This document shows positions 28,868 through 38,730 of a stretch of 64,000 nt of DNA, piece after piece (position 1 is the stretch's first letter; every line of letters begins with the position of its first letter). The notes beneath the pieces were generated by a model, which saw only the letters and a list, made by a program, of their open reading frames with translations, was not told the DNA's origin and did not search any database. A program made the translations under genes and the position numbers. Source of the DNA: an uncultured Sneathiellales bacterium (GTDB lineage: Bacteria; Pseudomonadota; Alphaproteobacteria; CAYFNG01); assembly GCA_964344385.1 (NCBI GenBank), contig CAYFNG010000001.1, positions 621,273 to 685,272 of the forward strand, in the 5' to 3' direction.

Positions 28868-31808
28868 GGAGACGGGCTCCTTCCGGATCGACGAAATGCG
28901 GCGAAACGATTTCGACCTCGATGTCGCGGTCGCGCACCGGGTCGACGGCGCGGACCACCTCGCCGACACGCTCCTGCCCGCGCTCGATGAAGCCCAGCCC
29001 GATGGAATGGCCGAGCTCCGGCGAATAGGCGACCGAACTCATCCAACCCTGGTCGTTCTCGGTCACCGCCTCGGCGCCGGTAGCGACGAAATGGGCACCG
29101 GCCGTCAGCAATTGGGACCGATCGACCGGGCGGAAACCCATCATGCGGATGCCGTCGGCCCGGTTGAGTTCGTGGCGTTCCGAGAGCGTATTGCCGACGC
29201 AGTCCTTTTTCTTCGAGACCATCCGCCCCAGTCCGAGATGGTCGGCCGAGGTCTGGCCGTTGAGTTCGTTGCCGGCGGCATGGCCCTTCTCCACCCGCAT
29301 CACGCCCAGCGCCTCCGTGCCGTAGGCAACCACGTCATAGTCCTCGCCCGCCGCCATCAGCGCCCGCACCATGGCATCGCCATAGCGGGCCGGCACCGCA
29401 ATTTCATAGGCCAGTTCGCCGGAGAACGAGATCCGGAACAGGCGCGCCGCGACCCCGCCGCAGACGGTGACCGCGCCGCACGCCATATAGGGAAAAGCCT
29501 GGTTGGAAATGTCATGTGCGGGGTCGACCAGCTTCGCCAGCAGGTCGCGCGAATTCGGCCCGGCGACCGAGAACTGGGCCCAGCCGTCGGTCACCGAGAT
29601 CAGGTGCACGTCCAGCTCCGGCCACAGGCATTGACGACAGAATTCCAGGTGCCGGAACACCGGCCCGGCATTGGCCGTGGTGGTGGTCATCACGAAATGG
29701 TTGTCAGCCAGGCGGGCCGTGGTGCCGTCGTCCATCACCAGCCCGTCCTCGCGCAGCATCAGGCCGTAGCGCACCTTGCCGACCGACAACTTGGCGAAGC
29801 CATTGGCATAGACCTTGTTCAGGAACTCGGCCGCGTCGCGGCCCTGGATGTCGATCTTGCCCAGCGTGGTGACGTCGCAGATGCCGACCGAGGCCCGGGT
29901 CTGGGCCGCCTCGCGGTCGACGCTCTGGCGCCATTGGGTCTCGCCGTCCCGCGGGAACCACTGCGCCCTGAGCCATTGCCCTGCGGTGACGAACACCGCC
30001 CCCTGCTCCGCGGCCCAGCGATGGCTGGGGGTCAGGCGGGTGGGACGGAAATGCTTCCCCCTTGAGCGGCCGGCAAAGGCGCCGATCGCCACCGGGCTGT
30101 AGGGTGGCCGGAAGATGGTGGTGCCGGTCTCCGGGATCGTCTTGCCCGCCGCCTCGGCCAGGATCGCCAGGGCCAGCACGTTGGCGGTCTTGCCCTGGTC
30201 GGTGGCCATGCCCAGCGTGGTGTAGCGCTTCAACAGCTCGACCGAACGGTAACCTTCGCGCTGGGCCAGCTTGACGTCTTTTGCAGTGACGTCGTTCTGC
30301 AGGTCGAGCCAGGCCCGCCCCTTGGCGCCGGTGACCTGCCACAGCGGGGTGATCGCGGTGGCCTCGTCCTCGGCGCTCGGCGCCTTGTCCTTGGGCGCCT
30401 TGAAGTCGAGATCCTTAAGCGCCGCCGTCGCCGCGGCCCGGCCCTCAAGCAGGCAGGCAGCCAGGGACAGGCTGCCATTGGCGGCGCCGGCCACGCGCAA
30501 ACCCACCGGCAGTTGGTCGCCGGGTACGAAGGCGGCGATGTCGTCGTTCCAGGCCGGACGGCCGCGCTGGTGACCGGTCAGGTGGACATTGGGGTTCCAA
30601 CCCCCCGCCACCGCCAGGCAGTCGGCCAGGATCGTCTGGCCGTTGCTGAGGCCGATCGACCGTAGCCCCTTGCGGCCGCTGGTGTCGACCACCTGGGTTC
30701 CCATGAAAATGCCTGCCCCAGGCACCGCCGCCCTGGGTTGGCCGTCCCGGCTGTCGATCACCGCCGCGACCGTCACGCCGCGTGCCGCCAGGTCGGTCGC
30801 GGTGCGCCAGCCATCGTCATTGTTGGTGAACACGGCGACCGACTTACCCGGCGCCACCGCCCAGCGATTGGCATAGGCCCGCACCGCACCAGCCAGCATG
30901 ACGCCCGGGCGGTCGTTGTTGCCGAAGGCAATGCCGCGTTCGGTGGCACCGGCCGCCAGCACCGCCCGCTTGGCATAGACCCGCCACAGGATCTGGCGCG
31001 GCTTGCCTTGGGCCTCGGCCAGGTGATCAGTCTTGCGCTCCAACGCGCCATAAATGCTGTGGTCGAAAGCGCCCAGGACCGAGGTTCGCGGCAGCAGGCG
31101 GACATTGTCCAGGCCGGCAAGCTCGGCGACCGCCTGCTCGGCCCAGGCGGCCCCGGCCATGCCATCGACCTCCAGGGTCTCGGCATTCAGCCTGCCGCCG
31201 AACCGGAAATCCTCATCGGCCAGGATCACCCGTGCCCCGGCCCGCCCCGAGGTCAACGCCGCCGCCAGCCCGGCCGGGCCGGCACCGATCACCAGCAGGT
31301 CGCAGTGCAGGAAGCCCTTGTCGTAGGCGTCCGGGTCCTCCTGCATCGAGATCCGGCCCAGGCCGGCCGATGTGCGGATGATCGGCTCGTAGACCTTTTC
31401 CCAGAACTTGGCCGGCCACATGAAGGTCTTGTAGTAGAAGCCGGCCGACAGGAAGCGCGAGAACAGGTCGGTCACCGCCATCAGATCGTATTCCAGCGGC
31501 CCGCGATGGTTCTGGCTGGTCGCCGCCAGCCCGTCGAACAGTTCGGTCACAGTGGCCCTGGTGTTGGGCTCCAGCCGGGCGCCGTCGTGCAATTGCATCA
31601 GCGCGTTGGGTTCCTCGGACCCGGCCGAGAAGATGCCGCGCGGGCGATGGTATTTGAAAGAGCGCCCGACCAGCCGCTGACCGTTGGCCAGCAGCGCCGA
31701 GGCCAGGGTGTCGCCGGGATGGCCGCTCAATCGGCGGCCGTTAAACGTGAAGTTCAGGGCCTGGTCGCGATCGATCAGTCCGCCGCTCAGCCGATAGGTC
31801 CCGCTCAT
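28860..31808 (-). CDS. soxA: sarcosine oxidase alpha subunit
   Basis: 982 aa. N-terminal 2Fe-2S-like/NAD Rossmann region and C-terminal GcvT-like domain. ATGA overlap with soxD. Confidence 0.9.
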   Translation of the reverse strand: MSGTYRLSGGLIDRDQALNFTFNGRRLSGHPGDTLASALLANGQRLVGRSFKYHRPRGIFSAGSEEPNALMQLHDGARLEPNTRATVTELFDGLAATSQNHRGPLEYDLMAVTDLFSRFLSAGFYYKTFMWPAKFWEKVYEPIIRTSAGLGRISMQEDPDAYDKGFLHCDLLVIGAGPAGLAAALTSGRAGARVILADEDFRFGGRLNAETLEVDGMAGAAWAEQAVAELAGLDNVRLLPRTSVLGAFDHSIYGALERKTDHLAEAQGKPRQILWRVYAKRAVLAAGATERGIAFGNNDRPGVMLAGAVRAYANRWAVAPGKSVAVFTNNDDGWRTATDLAARGVTVAAVIDSRDGQPRAAVPGAGIFMGTQVVDTSGRKGLRSIGLSNGQTILADCLAVAGGWNPNVHLTGHQRGRPAWNDDIAAFVPGDQLPVGLRVAGAANGSLSLAACLLEGRAAATAALKDLDFKAPKDKAPSAEDEATAITPLWQVTGAKGRAWLDLQNDVTAKDVKLAQREGYRSVELLKRYTTLGMATDQGKTANVLALAILAEAAGKTIPETGTTIFRPPYSPVAIGAFAGRSRGKHFRPTRLTPSHRWAAEQGAVFVTAGQWLRAQWFPRDGETQWRQSVDREAAQTRASVGICDVTTLGKIDIQGRDAAEFLNKVYANGFAKLSVGKVRYGLMLREDGLVMDDGTTARLADNHFVMTTTTANAGPVFRHLEFCRQCLWPELDVHLISVTDGWAQFSVAGPNSRDLLAKLVDPAHDISNQAFPYMACGAVTVCGGVAARLFRISFSGELAYEIAVPARYGDAMVRALMAAGEDYDVVAYGTEALGVMRVEKGHAAGNELNGQTSADHLGLGRMVSKKKDCVGNTLSERHELNRADGIRMMGFRPVDRSQLLTAGAHFVATGAEAVTENDQGWMSSVAYSPELGHSIGLGFIERGQERVGEVVRAVDPVRDRDIEVEIVSPHFVDPEGARLRV

Positions 31809-32092
31809 CGTCCGCGCCCCTTTGCCCGGGCCACGTCGCGGGCCAGTTCGACCTTGGTGATCTCGTGGGTCAGGGTGTCGCGGGTCACCACCAGCCAGGA
31901 GCGGTCGCCATGTTCGTGGTACCAGAGCTCGCGGTGCTCGCCGGCCGGGTTGTCGCGCAGATAGACGTAGTCGTGGAATTTGGCCTGTGCTTCCTCGTCG
32001 GCCCAGTCGGGCCGGTCGATCAGCGCGGCATCGCCCAGATAGGTGAATTCCTGGGCGTCGCGGGGGCCGAGCAGGGGGTGGTTGATGATCAT
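31805..32092 (-). CDS. soxD: sarcosine oxidase delta subunit
   Basis: 95 aa, MIINHPLLGPRDAQEFTYLGDAALIDRPDW...HEHGDRSWL, typical of SoxD. GGGGAGG RBS. Confidence 0.85.
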   Translation of the reverse strand: MIINHPLLGPRDAQEFTYLGDAALIDRPDWADEEAQAKFHDYVYLRDNPAGEHRELWYHEHGDRSWLVVTRDTLTHEITKVELARDVARAKGRGR

Positions 32093-32105
32093 ATTCGCCT
32101 CCCCC

Positions 32106-33356
32106 TCAGTGGAGATTCGGTTGGGCGCCGGCGCCCTTTTCGTCGATCATGGCGCCGCTCACGAAGCGGTCGAGGCGCATCCGGGTGGCGGTCGGGTGCG
32201 GTTCGTCCCGGGCCAGCAGATGGGCGAAGCAGAAGCCCGAGGCCGGCGTCGCCTTGAAGCCGCCATAGCACCAACCGCCGTTGAAATAGAGGCCGTCGAT
32301 ATCGGTCTTGTCGATGAAGGGCGAGCCGTCCATCGACATGTCCATGACCCCGCCCCACAGGCGCAGCAGCCGGACCCGGCCGATCATCGGCATCAGGGCC
32401 ATGCCGCCCTCGCAGACATCCTCGACCACCGGCAGGTTGCCGCGTTGGGCATAGGTGGCGTAGCCGTCAATATCGCCGCCGAAGACCAGCCCGCCCTTGT
32501 CGGACTGGCTGATGTAGAAATGGCCGGCCCCGAAGGTAATGACCCCGGGCAGAACCGGCTTCAGCCCCTCGCTGACAAAGGCCTGCAGGACATGGCTTTC
32601 GATCGGCAGGCGCATCCCGGCCCTGGCCATCACCTGGCCGGACGACCCGGCCACCGCCACCCCGACTTTCCCGGCGCGGATGGTGCCGCGGCTGGTTTCG
32701 ACCCCGACACAGGCTCCGCCTTCCATGACGAAGCCGGTGACCTCGCAGTTCTGGATGATGTCGACGCCGCGGGCATCGGCACCGCGGGCATAGCCCCAGG
32801 CGACCGCGTCGTGGCGCACCGTACCGCCGCGCGGTTGCCACAACCCGCCCTTGATCGGGAAGCGGGCGTTTTCGAAGTCGAGGAACGGGCACAGCTTGCG
32901 CACGCCTTCGGTATCCAGCAACACCGCATCCGCCCCGGCCATGCGCATGGCGTTGCCGCGGCGGGCGAAGGCGTCGTGCTGGCCGTCGGAATGGGACAGG
33001 TTGATGATGCCGCGCTGCGAGACCATGGCGTTGAAGTTGAAGTCCTGCTCCAGCCCTTCCCATAGCTGCATCGACAGTTCGTAGAACGGCTCGTTGCCGG
33101 GCAGCAAATAGTTGGAGCGGATGATGGTGGTATTGCGGCCGATATTGCCCGAGCCCAGCCAGCCCTTTTCCAGCACCGCGATATTGGTGATGCCGAATTC
33201 CTTGGCCAGGTAATAGGCCGCCGCCAGGCCATGGCCGCCTCCGCCGACGATGACCATGTCATAGGCGGCCTTCGGCTCCGGCTCGCGCCAGGCCGGCGTC
33301 CAGCCGGTATTGCCGGTCAGTCCCTGTTTGATGACCTGCCAAACGGAATAGCGCAT
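32106..33356 (-). CDS. soxB: sarcosine oxidase beta subunit (FAD)
   Basis: 416 aa. DMVIVGGGGHGLAAAYYLAK Rossmann motif, DAO-family. Confidence 0.9.
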   Translation of the reverse strand: MRYSVWQVIKQGLTGNTGWTPAWREPEPKAAYDMVIVGGGGHGLAAAYYLAKEFGITNIAVLEKGWLGSGNIGRNTTIIRSNYLLPGNEPFYELSMQLWEGLEQDFNFNAMVSQRGIINLSHSDGQHDAFARRGNAMRMAGADAVLLDTEGVRKLCPFLDFENARFPIKGGLWQPRGGTVRHDAVAWGYARGADARGVDIIQNCEVTGFVMEGGACVGVETSRGTIRAGKVGVAVAGSSGQVMARAGMRLPIESHVLQAFVSEGLKPVLPGVITFGAGHFYISQSDKGGLVFGGDIDGYATYAQRGNLPVVEDVCEGGMALMPMIGRVRLLRLWGGVMDMSMDGSPFIDKTDIDGLYFNGGWCYGGFKATPASGFCFAHLLARDEPHPTATRMRLDRFVSGAMIDEKGAGAQPNLH

Positions 33357-33385
33357 CTCTCCCCCGCTGATCGGTTCGACAGGGC

Positions 33386-34402
33386 ATGATGTCGCGGTTT
33401 CCGGCCATCGACTTTCAAAAAACAGCCGCTATTATTCAAAAAATGGCCAGACCGTCCTCACCCGATCGCCCCTTCCGCCTGGGCCTGTTGCTGATCGACG
33501 GGTTCGCGCTGATGTCCTATGCCGCCATCGTCGAACCGCTGCGGGCCGCCAATCTGCTGCGCGGCGAGAGGCTTTACGAGATCCGCAATATCGCGGTCTC
33601 GGGCCACCGGTCGCGAAGCTCGGTCGGCACCCTGGTCGAGACCGAGGCCGCGATCGGCGAGGCACCGGCCGCGGACCTGTTGCTGGTGGTTGCCGGCGGC
33701 GACCCGGCTACCTATGACGACGTCCGGGTATTCAACTGGCTGCGCCGTGCGGCCCGGTCGGGGCTCACCCTGGGCGGGGTCTCCGGCGGGCCGGTGGTCC
33801 TGGCCCGGGCCGGGCTGATGACCGGCCGCCGGATGACGGTGCACTGGGAATACGCCCCCGCCCTGGCCGAGGTGTCGCCGGCCCTGATGATCGAGCGCAG
33901 CCTCTACGTCATCGACCGCGACCGCATCACCTGCGCCGGCGGTACCGCGCCGATGGACCTGATGCACGTGCTGATCGCCGGGCACCACGGGCCCGATCTG
34001 GCCCGGCTGGTCAGCGACTGGTTCATGCACACCGATATCCGTCCCGCCGGCGGCCAGCAGCGGGCCGGGCTGGCCCAGCGCTGGGGCACCACCGACGCCA
34101 CCGTGCTGGTCGCCATCACCGCCATGGAGGGGCATATCGCCGATCCCCTGAGCCTGGCGGCGCTGGCCGCCCGGGCCGAGACCAGCGTGCGCCAGCTCAA
34201 CCGCCTGTTCCGGGCCAAGCTGGGCCAGTCGACCATGGGCTTTTATCGCAATCTGCGCCTGGAATCGGCCCGCAACCTGCTGCGCAACTCATCGCTGCCG
34301 GTCACCGAGATCGCCCTGGCCACCGGCTTCGCCTCGGCCGCACATTTCGCCACCAGCCACCGCCAGCGCTATGGCCAGGCGCCCTCGGCCCTGCGCGCCT
34401 AG
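33386..34402 (+). CDS. GlxA-family transcriptional regulator (DJ-1/PfpI domain + AraC-type HTH)
   Basis: 338 aa. DJ-1-like N-domain and C-terminal AraC HTH (SLPVTEIALATGFASAAHFATSHRQRYG). Divergent from the sox operon, as GbdR/SouR-type regulators are. Confidence 0.8.
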   Translation: MMSRFPAIDFQKTAAIIQKMARPSSPDRPFRLGLLLIDGFALMSYAAIVEPLRAANLLRGERLYEIRNIAVSGHRSRSSVGTLVETEAAIGEAPAADLLLVVAGGDPATYDDVRVFNWLRRAARSGLTLGGVSGGPVVLARAGLMTGRRMTVHWEYAPALAEVSPALMIERSLYVIDRDRITCAGGTAPMDLMHVLIAGHHGPDLARLVSDWFMHTDIRPAGGQQRAGLAQRWGTTDATVLVAITAMEGHIADPLSLAALAARAETSVRQLNRLFRAKLGQSTMGFYRNLRLESARNLLRNSSLPVTEIALATGFASAAHFATSHRQRYGQAPSALRA

Positions 34403-34490
34403 ACCGTTAATCGGCTGTTGCAATTGCGGCTCGGGTTGTGTTGCCTAGCGGTTCAGGCAATTGATCAGAGTGGACACGGTTTGGGGCGGT

Positions 34491-36578
34491 ATGGGATTTC
34501 GGATCGGCATCGACGTCGGCGGCACCTTCACCGATTTCCTGTTGGTGGACGCGGCCGGCGAGCCCCAAGTCTTCAAGGTCCTGTCAACACCGCGCGACCC
34601 GTCGGAAGCGGTGCTAGCCGGCCTTCAGGAGATGGCGGCGACCCATGGTATCGGACTCTCGGATTTTTTGGCTCGGGTCGAGCTGATCGTCCACGGCACC
34701 ACGGTAACGACCAATGCCGTGCTCACGGGGCGAACCGTGGCCACCGGCCTGCTGACCACAAGCGGCTTCCGTGACGCCCTGCAGATGCGCCGTGGCATCC
34801 GCGAAGAACCCTATGACAACAAGGCCGTCGCGCCGACACCGCCGGTGCCCCGGCGCCTGCGCTTAGCCATCACCGAACGGATCGACCGCGACGGCCGGCC
34901 GGTCACCGCGTTGGACACGCAAGACGTCGATAAAGCAGCCGCGAACCTGCTGGCGCAAAGCGTCGAGGCGGTGGCGATCTGCTTCCTGCACGCCTATGCC
35001 AATCCGGACCATGAGCGCGCCGCCGCCGAACGGGTCCGCCGATTGATGCCGCACGCCTATGTCTCGGCCTCGGCCGACGTGCTGCCCCAGGTCCGCTTCT
35101 ACGAACGCACCAGCACCACCGTGCTCAACGCCGCGGTCGGGCCGATCCTGAAACGCTATATCGACAGGCTGATGGCCCGTCTTGACCAAGGCGGCTTCGC
35201 CGGGGTCTTCCTGGTGATGCAGTCGAACGGCGGCGTCACCTCGGCGGCCGGTGTCGTCGACCTGGCCGCCACCACCCTGCTGTCGGGGCCGGCCGCCGCC
35301 CCGGCCGCCGGCCTGGCCTATGCCGAACCCCACGGCGTCGACGACATCATCACCGTCGACATGGGCGGTACCAGCTTCGATGCCGCCCTGATCAAGGCCG
35401 GCCAACCCGACGTCACCACCCAGGGCACGGTCGGCGGCTTCGCGCTGGCCCTGCCCAGCATGGCGATCAAGACGGTCGGGTCCGGCGGCGGTTCGATCGC
35501 CTGGATCGACGAGGGCGGCCTGCTGCGCATGGGACCGCAAAGCGCCGGCGCCGATCCCGGCCCGGTGGCCTATGGCCGCGGCGGCAGCGAGCCGACCTGC
35601 ACCGACGCCAATCTGGTGCTGGGCTATCTGTCGGCCGGGTTCTTTGCCGGCGGCCGCATGGCCCTGGACGCGTCAGGGGCACGGGCCGCGATCGCCGGCC
35701 GCATCGGTGACCGGTTGGGCCTGGACCCGGTCGAGGCGGCGGCCGGCATGTACCGCATCATGAACGTCAACATGGCCTCGGCGATGCAGGAAATCTCGGT
35801 CAAGAAGGGCTGGGACCCGCGCGACTTCCTGATGATCTCGGCCGGCGGCGCCGGTCCGATCCACGCCGCGATGATCGCCCGCGAGCTGGAGATCCGGCGC
35901 CTGCTGGTGCCCAGGGATTCGTCAATCTTCTGCGCCGCCGGCATGCTGCGCTCCGACCTGAAGCACGATTTCGTGCGCAGCCTGAACGTGCCCCTGGACC
36001 GGGACGCGATCGGTGCCGAAGCGCTGAAACAGCCGACCGCCGCCATGATGGAGGAGGGCCGGGCCAAGCTGCTGGCCGAAGGGGTCGCGCCGGAGCGGAT
36101 CCGCTTCCGCCATGCCATCGACCTGCGCTATGCCGGCCAGTACCACGAGGTCACGGTCGAGGTCGAGGAGGCCGTGCTGCACGGTTTCGACGAGGCGGCG
36201 ATCCGCGATGCCTTCCATGCCGCCCATAACCGGCTCTATGGCTACGACCTGGCCGGCGAGGGCAGCGGCGTCGAGGTGGTCAGCCTGCGGGTGACCGCAT
36301 TGGGCCTGACCGAAAAGCCGCCGCTGATCGCCATGCCGAAAGCCGCAGACCGGCCCGATCCCGCCGCCCTGAAGGGACGGCGGCCGGTCTATCAGCCGGA
36401 CCAGGGGCGCTTCGCCGACACTGCGGTCTATGACGGCGCCCGCCTGGCCCATGGCAACCGCATCGACGGGCCGGCGATCGTCGAGCAGGTCAACACCACG
36501 ACCTTCGTGCCGGCCGGATTTGTCATGACCTGCGATCCGTTCGGCAGTTTCCTGATGACCGACGAGGCGGCGCCATGA
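34491..36578 (+). CDS. hyuA: hydantoinase/oxoprolinase family, A (beta) subunit
   Basis: About 695 aa from ATG 34491 (MGFRIGIDVGGTFTDF...). Hydantoinase_A family signatures. Confidence 0.85.
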   Translation: MGFRIGIDVGGTFTDFLLVDAAGEPQVFKVLSTPRDPSEAVLAGLQEMAATHGIGLSDFLARVELIVHGTTVTTNAVLTGRTVATGLLTTSGFRDALQMRRGIREEPYDNKAVAPTPPVPRRLRLAITERIDRDGRPVTALDTQDVDKAAANLLAQSVEAVAICFLHAYANPDHERAAAERVRRLMPHAYVSASADVLPQVRFYERTSTTVLNAAVGPILKRYIDRLMARLDQGGFAGVFLVMQSNGGVTSAAGVVDLAATTLLSGPAAAPAAGLAYAEPHGVDDIITVDMGGTSFDAALIKAGQPDVTTQGTVGGFALALPSMAIKTVGSGGGSIAWIDEGGLLRMGPQSAGADPGPVAYGRGGSEPTCTDANLVLGYLSAGFFAGGRMALDASGARAAIAGRIGDRLGLDPVEAAAGMYRIMNVNMASAMQEISVKKGWDPRDFLMISAGGAGPIHAAMIARELEIRRLLVPRDSSIFCAAGMLRSDLKHDFVRSLNVPLDRDAIGAEALKQPTAAMMEEGRAKLLAEGVAPERIRFRHAIDLRYAGQYHEVTVEVEEAVLHGFDEAAIRDAFHAAHNRLYGYDLAGEGSGVEVVSLRVTALGLTEKPPLIAMPKAADRPDPAALKGRRPVYQPDQGRFADTAVYDGARLAHGNRIDGPAIVEQVNTTTFVPAGFVMTCDPFGSFLMTDEAAP

Positions 36579-38329
36579 CCCAAGACGGCAACATCGATCC
36601 GATCCTGGCCTCGGTGCTGCAGCGGCGCCTGAAGTCGATCACCGAGGAGATGGGCCTGACGCTGCTGCGCACCACCCGCTCGCCGATCCTCAACGAGGCC
36701 CGCGACTTCGTCACCGGCCTCTACGACGCCAAGGGGCGGATGCTGGAGCAGACCGAATACATACCCATCCTGGCCTTCGCGCTGCAACCGGTGTGCGAGC
36801 GGATCATCGCCTATTTCGGCGACGACATCGCCGATGGCGACGTCATCCTGCACAACGACGTGTTCTCCGGCGGCAACCAGAACAACGACGTCGCGGTGTT
36901 CAAGCCGATCTTCCACGATGGCCGCCTGATCGCCTGGTCGGCGGCCAAGGGCCACCAGGCCGATATCGGCGGCGCCGTCGCCGGCGGCTACAACCCGGAA
37001 GCCCGCGAGGTCTGGCAGGAGGCCTTCCGCATCCCGCCCGTCAAGGTCTACGAGGCCGGCAAACGGCGCGACGATGTCTGGAACCTGATCTTCGCCAATG
37101 TCCGCCTGAAGATCGTCGAGGAGGACATCAAGGCCCAGATCGGTGGCGCCGTGGTCGGCGAGCGCGGCATCAAGGCCCTGGTCCAGCGCCACGGCGCGGA
37201 CCGCTTCCTGGCCCATGTCGAGCATCTGTTCCAGGCCGCCGAGGCGATGGCGCGGAACGAGATCCGGGCCATCCCCGACGGCACGTACGAGGCCGCCAGC
37301 CAGGCCTTCTACGACGGGGTCAGCGACGGCACCGTGATGACCTGCCGGCTGAAGGTCACCGTCGACGGCGACCAGGTCACCTTCGATTTCACCGGCTCCT
37401 CGCCGCAGACGCCGGGCTTCGTCAACGCGCCCTATGCCGCCACCGCCTCGGCCGTGATCCTGACCTTCCTGATGCTGATCAACCCGGACATCCCGCACAA
37501 TGACGGGATCACCCGCGCCATCCGCATCGTCAACCCGGAAGGATCGTATCTGAACGCCGGCTTCCCGGCCGCCACCACCTTTGGCAACACCCTGACCGGC
37601 CCGACCTCGGACGCCATCTTCCGGGCCTTCGCCCAGGTGCTGCCGCGCATGGTGACGGCCGGCTGGAACCGCCAGATGGGGGTGGCAGTGACCGGCAGCG
37701 ACCCGCGCCGGAACGGCGAAAGGTTCGTCGATATCCTGTTCATCGCCCTCAAAGGCGGCTCCGGCGCCACTTTCGGTGCCGACGGCTACGACCATATCGG
37801 CCTGATCAACTGCGCCGGCGGCATCCAGGCCCAGGACTACGAGATGTTCGAGATCCACAACCCCTTCTTCCTGCACGCCCATGAATACCTGCCCGATTCG
37901 GCCGGGCCGGGGCGCTGGCGCGGCGGCCTGGGCACGACCACCGAGTTCACCATGGCCGGCGAGGACCAGACCGCGGTCGCCTTCGGTGACGGGATCGAGG
38001 AAGAAGCCCGCGCCTTCGGCCTGTTCGGCGGCGGACCCGGCGCCATCAACCGGATCGCCTTCCGCCAGCCCGACGGCACCGTGCGCACCCCGAAATCCAA
38101 GCAGATCCTGCGCGACATTCCCAAGGGCACGGTGTTCGTCCAGACCGCCGGCGGCGGCGGCGGTTACGGCAACCCGCATGAGCGCCCGGCCGAGACGGTT
38201 GCCGCCGAGGTGCGGGACGGTATCATCGGCATCGAAGCCGCAAGACGCGACTATGGCGTGGTCGTCGATCCCGACACCATGGCCCTGGACGCGGCGGCCA
38301 CCGAAAAAGCCAGAGGAGGCGACACATGA
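36575..38329 (+). CDS. hyuB: hydantoinase B/oxoprolinase family, B (alpha) subunit
   Basis: 584 aa. ATGA overlap with hyuA. Hydantoinase_B-like sequence throughout. Confidence 0.85.
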   Translation: MTQDGNIDPILASVLQRRLKSITEEMGLTLLRTTRSPILNEARDFVTGLYDAKGRMLEQTEYIPILAFALQPVCERIIAYFGDDIADGDVILHNDVFSGGNQNNDVAVFKPIFHDGRLIAWSAAKGHQADIGGAVAGGYNPEAREVWQEAFRIPPVKVYEAGKRRDDVWNLIFANVRLKIVEEDIKAQIGGAVVGERGIKALVQRHGADRFLAHVEHLFQAAEAMARNEIRAIPDGTYEAASQAFYDGVSDGTVMTCRLKVTVDGDQVTFDFTGSSPQTPGFVNAPYAATASAVILTFLMLINPDIPHNDGITRAIRIVNPEGSYLNAGFPAATTFGNTLTGPTSDAIFRAFAQVLPRMVTAGWNRQMGVAVTGSDPRRNGERFVDILFIALKGGSGATFGADGYDHIGLINCAGGIQAQDYEMFEIHNPFFLHAHEYLPDSAGPGRWRGGLGTTTEFTMAGEDQTAVAFGDGIEEEARAFGLFGGGPGAINRIAFRQPDGTVRTPKSKQILRDIPKGTVFVQTAGGGGGYGNPHERPAETVAAEVRDGIIGIEAARRDYGVVVDPDTMALDAAATEKARGGDT

Positions 38330-38727
38330 CTGCACCGGTTATCGACCATGTCGGGGTCGTGGTGGCCGATCTCGAGGCGGCGATCGCCAAGTTCCGGCCG
38401 CTGTTTCCCGACGGCGCCAGCATGATCAAGGACCTGCCCGACGCCGGCGTGCGGGTGGCCATGCTGGAGGCGGCCAACGTCACCATCGAGTTCATCGAGC
38501 TGACCGGCGACGGGCCATCCTTAGGCCGTTCAACCTTGGGCGAAAAGCTGGGCATCAACCACATTTCGGCCCGGGTCGGAAATGTCGATGCCACCATCGA
38601 CGAGCTGGGCGCGGCCGGCTTCGCCCTGACCGACGGCTTCCCGACCCAGGGCGCCCACGGCAAGGTCGCCTTTTTCGACCCGGACGACGTCACCGGTCTG
38701 CTGTTCGAGGTCTGCCAGGAGGACTGA
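38326..38727 (+). CDS. VOC-family protein, methylmalonyl-CoA-epimerase/glyoxalase-like
   Basis: 133 aa. IDHVGVVVADLEAAIAKF ... GINHISARV ... KVAFFDP pattern of the MCE-like VOC fold. Overlaps the hyuB stop. Confidence 0.7.
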   Translation: MTAPVIDHVGVVVADLEAAIAKFRPLFPDGASMIKDLPDAGVRVAMLEAANVTIEFIELTGDGPSLGRSTLGEKLGINHISARVGNVDATIDELGAAGFALTDGFPTQGAHGKVAFFDPDDVTGLLFEVCQED

Positions 38728-38730
38728 CCG

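Noticed and set aside
36428-38335. 635-aa minus-strand ORF across hyuB, plus similar long antisense ORFs at 38530..40020, 43799..45484, 45213..46367, 18891..20420, 28896..30065, 30738..31964, 32043..33065, 60959..62281, 6350..7264 and 8779..9897
   Set aside because: Each lies opposite a gene with clear family motifs. Their translations are Arg/Pro/Gly-rich with no motifs. Such ORFs are typical spurious frames in ~65% GC DNA.
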